A stretch of 64,000 nucleotides of DNA from an uncultured bacterium (GTDB taxonomy: Bacteria; Zixibacteria; MSB-5A5; CAIYYT01): positions 1,696,001 to 1,760,000 of the forward strand of contig CAVSCK010000004.1 in assembly GCA_963726455.1 (NCBI GenBank), read 5' to 3'. Shown here piece after piece: positions 61,198-64,000 of the stretch. The notes under the pieces are model-generated. The model ran no database searches and was not told where the DNA came from. It was given only the letters and a program-made list of their open reading frames with translations. Every line of letters begins with the position of its first letter. Position 1 is the first letter of the stretch. Position numbers and translations under genes: made by a program.

Positions 61198-62418
61198 TTA
61201 TTCGTGGCGGAGAGCGTCAATCGGATCAAGGACGGCCGCTTTGCGCGCGGGATAGAAACCGAAAAAGATGCCGACGGCCGCGGAAAAGACGAAGGAAAGA
61301 GCGACTGTCTCCGGTGTGATAATTGGCTGGAGCGTCGTCCACTTATTCAGGCCGGCTACGACACCTGCCGACAGGGCGATGCCGATGATCCCGCCGCTGA
61401 GACTAAGAACCACGGCCTCAGTAAGGAATTGAACGAGAATATCGCTTTCCCGGGCGCCGACGGAAAGTCGAATGCCGATTTCACGGGTTCGCTCGGTGAC
61501 GGAGACGAGCATGATGTTCATGATGCCGATACCGCCGACCAATAGACTGACGGCGGCGATCGACCCGAGCAAAAGAGTCATCGTCTTGGTAGTCTCGGTG
61601 GCGGTGTCCATGATTTCGGCCTGACTTCGGATGGTGAAATCGTCATCCTGGCCTTCGTGCAGATTGTGGGTCTTCCTGAGGGACGCCCGGATTTCCTCGA
61701 TGGCGTTACTTACTTTATCAGGTGAGACGGCGCTGGCGTTAATCATGTCAATGTGCCGATCCCCTTTGAGACGATAGAGCACGGCGGTGGCGGGAGCCAG
61801 GATGATGTCATCCTGGTCCTGGCCCATGCCGGTCTGGCCTTTTGCTTTGAGGACACCGATGACAACAAAGGGGGAGTTTCTGATTCGAATGTTTTGACCG
61901 ACCGGGTTGATATCGGAAATAAATTATCGACCACGGTTTTGCCAAGTAGGGCTACATTTCGGCGACCAAGAACGTCCCTATCGGTAAAGAACTCACCGTA
62001 ATCAATTTGGTAGTTGCGAATATCGAAGTACGATGGGTATACTCCCATGACCGACGTAAACCAGTTGTTTCCGTTAGCGATTATCTGTCCGCCCGAGCGG
62101 ACAATCGGGGAAATTTCATCGATGTACACCTTGTCTCGATCGATTGCCTCAATGTCATCGAACGTAAACTGGCTTGAAGTACCTGCACCCATTCTCACGC
62201 CACCCGTGCTGACACTTCCGGGAAAAGCGATCAGCAAGTTAGTTCCGAGCGACGCTAATCGTGGCTTCGATCTTCGCCTGCGAACCTTCGCCGATGGCTA
62301 CCATGACAATTACTGCACCCACACCGATAATGATGCCGAGCGAAGTCAGCAGGCTTCGCATACGATTGCGCAGAATACTCCGTGAGGAGGCTTTCAATAG
62401 ACGCGACAGGGAAATCAT
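61198..62418 (-). CDS. MacB-type ABC exporter permease (frameshifts near 62257 and 61914)
   Basis: [27 protein letters not shown]; [27 protein letters not shown]; [17 protein letters not shown]. Split over three frames. Confidence 0.9.
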
Positions 62419-63167
62419 GGCACAACCTCCGGCTCTTCCGGCTGCAGTGAGGCAAGGTCGGCGATGGCATCGTGACGTTCGGTTACGGGAATGTCACGCA
62501 CAATCCTTCCGTCATGCAAACTAACCAGACGTTTGGCATAACGAGCGACGTCCGATTCATGGGTTACTAATACAACGGTAACGCCTTCATTATTCAACTC
62601 CTGAAAAAGAGCGATGGTCTCAACTGAAGTGCGACTATCGAGATTTCCGGTCGGCTCATCCGCCAGCAGCAGGGCCGGTTTGTTGACAAGTGCGCGCGCT
62701 ATAGCAACTCGTTGCTGCTGGCCTCCAGACAGTTGGTTGGGCGTATGCTCCAATCTGTCGCTCAAGCCGACGCGAGTAAGAGCATCAACAGCCGCTTGAG
62801 TATGATTTCGAACATGATTATTGCGGTCATAGAACAGCGGTAATTCGACATTTTCCAGAGCGGTCGTGCGTGGCAGCAGATTAAATCCTTGAAACACAAA
62901 GCCGATTTTGCGATTACGGACGGCTGCCCGCTGATTTCTGCTGAAACTGTCGACACGTTCTCCATCCAGCAGGTACTCCCCTGAGGTGGGCGAGTCGAGA
63001 CAGCCGATCAGATTCATCAATGTCGACTTGCCGGATCCGGATGCACCCATGATCGCCACAAAGTCGCCCGGCTCGACGATTAGGTCGACACCACGCAAGG
63101 CGTGAACGGCTATGTCTCCCACCTGGAAAGTTCTGACCAGCCGATGTATTTCAATGACCTTATTCAT
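62415..63167 (-). CDS. MacB/LolD-type ABC ATP-binding protein
   Basis: [44 protein letters not shown]. Confidence 0.95.
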   Translation of the reverse strand: MNKVIEIHRLVRTFQVGDIAVHALRGVDLIVEPGDFVAIMGASGSGKSTLMNLIGCLDSPTSGEYLLDGERVDSFSRNQRAAVRNRKIGFVFQGFNLLPRTTALENVELPLFYDRNNHVRNHTQAAVDALTRVGLSDRLEHTPNQLSGGQQQRVAIARALVNKPALLLADEPTGNLDSRTSVETIALFQELNNEGVTVVLVTHESDVARYAKRLVSLHDGRIVRDIPVTERHDAIADLASLQPEEPEVVP

Positions 63168-63212
63168 GATTGCAAGTCACCTCTCGACATCAATTACGCG
63201 CGGAGAGCCAAA

Positions 63213-64000
63213 TTAGAATCCACGCATTCCACCGAAACCGCGCATCGGCTGTGAAGCGGTCGTGGGTTTCGTTGACTCTGTAGGTGAGCCCACGATAATC
63301 TTCATACCTTCCTTGAGCACCCGTGACGAGACGACTTCAGTGTTAGTGTTGTCCGTCATGCCGGTTCGAACTGGAGCGGCGGCCAATTGCCCGAGGGAGT
63401 CCAGGTACCACACCATTGGGATAGTCCGGGGCCCATTGCCGTTGCGACCCTGTCGATCACCGCCCATTCCTTGTCCCATGCCCTGGCCCATACCCGCACC
63501 CATCCCCGATCCCGTTCCCTGTCTACCGGCAAATGACTCACGCCCACCTGGTGTGTTGAGTCGCCGCGATCTCCTGCTCGCTGCTGTTGCCATTTGGCTC
63601 TCATCGCAGCCACAACTTTGTCAGGCGGCTGGAAACGCAACGCCTTGCTGGGAATCAACATGACACCGGTGTGCTTTTCGGTGACGAAACTGACAGTAGC
63701 GGTCATGCCTGGCAGCAGAAGGCCTTCGGTGTTATCCGCCGCAATCACAACCGTGTAAGTTACGACGTTGGAGACAGTGCGCGGCTGGAGACGTACTTGC
63801 TGGACACTGCCCTTGAATTCCTTGTTCATATATGCGGCAACTTCAAACTGCACGTCCTGTCCATCCTTGATCTGCCCGATATCGCTTTCGCCAACATCAG
63901 CCAGAATTTGCATGCGCGTAAGGTCCTCGGCAATTTCGAATAGAGTCGGTGTTGACAGACTAGCGGCGACGGTTTGTCCGCCCTCCACGTTTCTGTTTGT
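63213..64000 (-). CDS. MacA-like periplasmic adaptor, 3' part only (frameshift near 63550)
   Basis: GQTVAASL.TPTLF.IA.DL..MQI.A.V.ESDIG, LLPGMTA, IP.KALRF.P. The C-terminal V.TG.TD...TEV...L.EG lies in the shifted frame. Confidence 0.88.

Overview
64-kb chromosomal window from a diderm bacterium. Dockerin-like 'GDAN.DG.(I/V)DISDAVFLIQYIF.GG' repeats, a FlgD/T9SS-type C-terminal domain and a Fibrobacter-type SOS box suggest an FCB-group organism, most plausibly candidate Zixibacteria (inference). Order of contents: (1) 1-8.9 kb, a minus-strand envelope/stress-type cluster (BON protein, small OM barrel, glycine-zipper lipoprotein, divergent ECF sigma, PAP2, DUF3943-like protein, two tandem orphan NarL/LuxR regulators, RNB nuclease); (2) kdpFABCDE with candidate KdpE sites; (3) a poly-gamma-glutamate operon pgsB-pgsC-pgsW followed by a secreted protein and a predicted outer-membrane beta-barrel; (4) a BNR-repeat/dockerin protein; (5) an HTH-PTS EIIA fusion heading an Ehr (hydrogenase-4-like, lacking the NiFe ligand motifs) operon, then an ABC-2 exporter; (6) imuA-imuB-dnaE2 with a palindromic LexA-type box; (7) galT, metallophosphoesterase, tetraheme cytochrome c, OmpA with TSP3 repeats, M23 peptidase, MBL nuclease, adenosine-specific kinase, HEAT-cyclophilin, S8 protease, YbjQ, tRNA-Met, APC permease, an M1 peptidase/beta-barrel fusion and a MacAB-type exporter. 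About 11 small frameshifts cluster at 10-18 kb and 56-64 kb and look like sequencing/assembly indels. No CRISPR array, rRNA, integrase or transposase was seen. All assignments come from motif recognition by eye; no searches were run.
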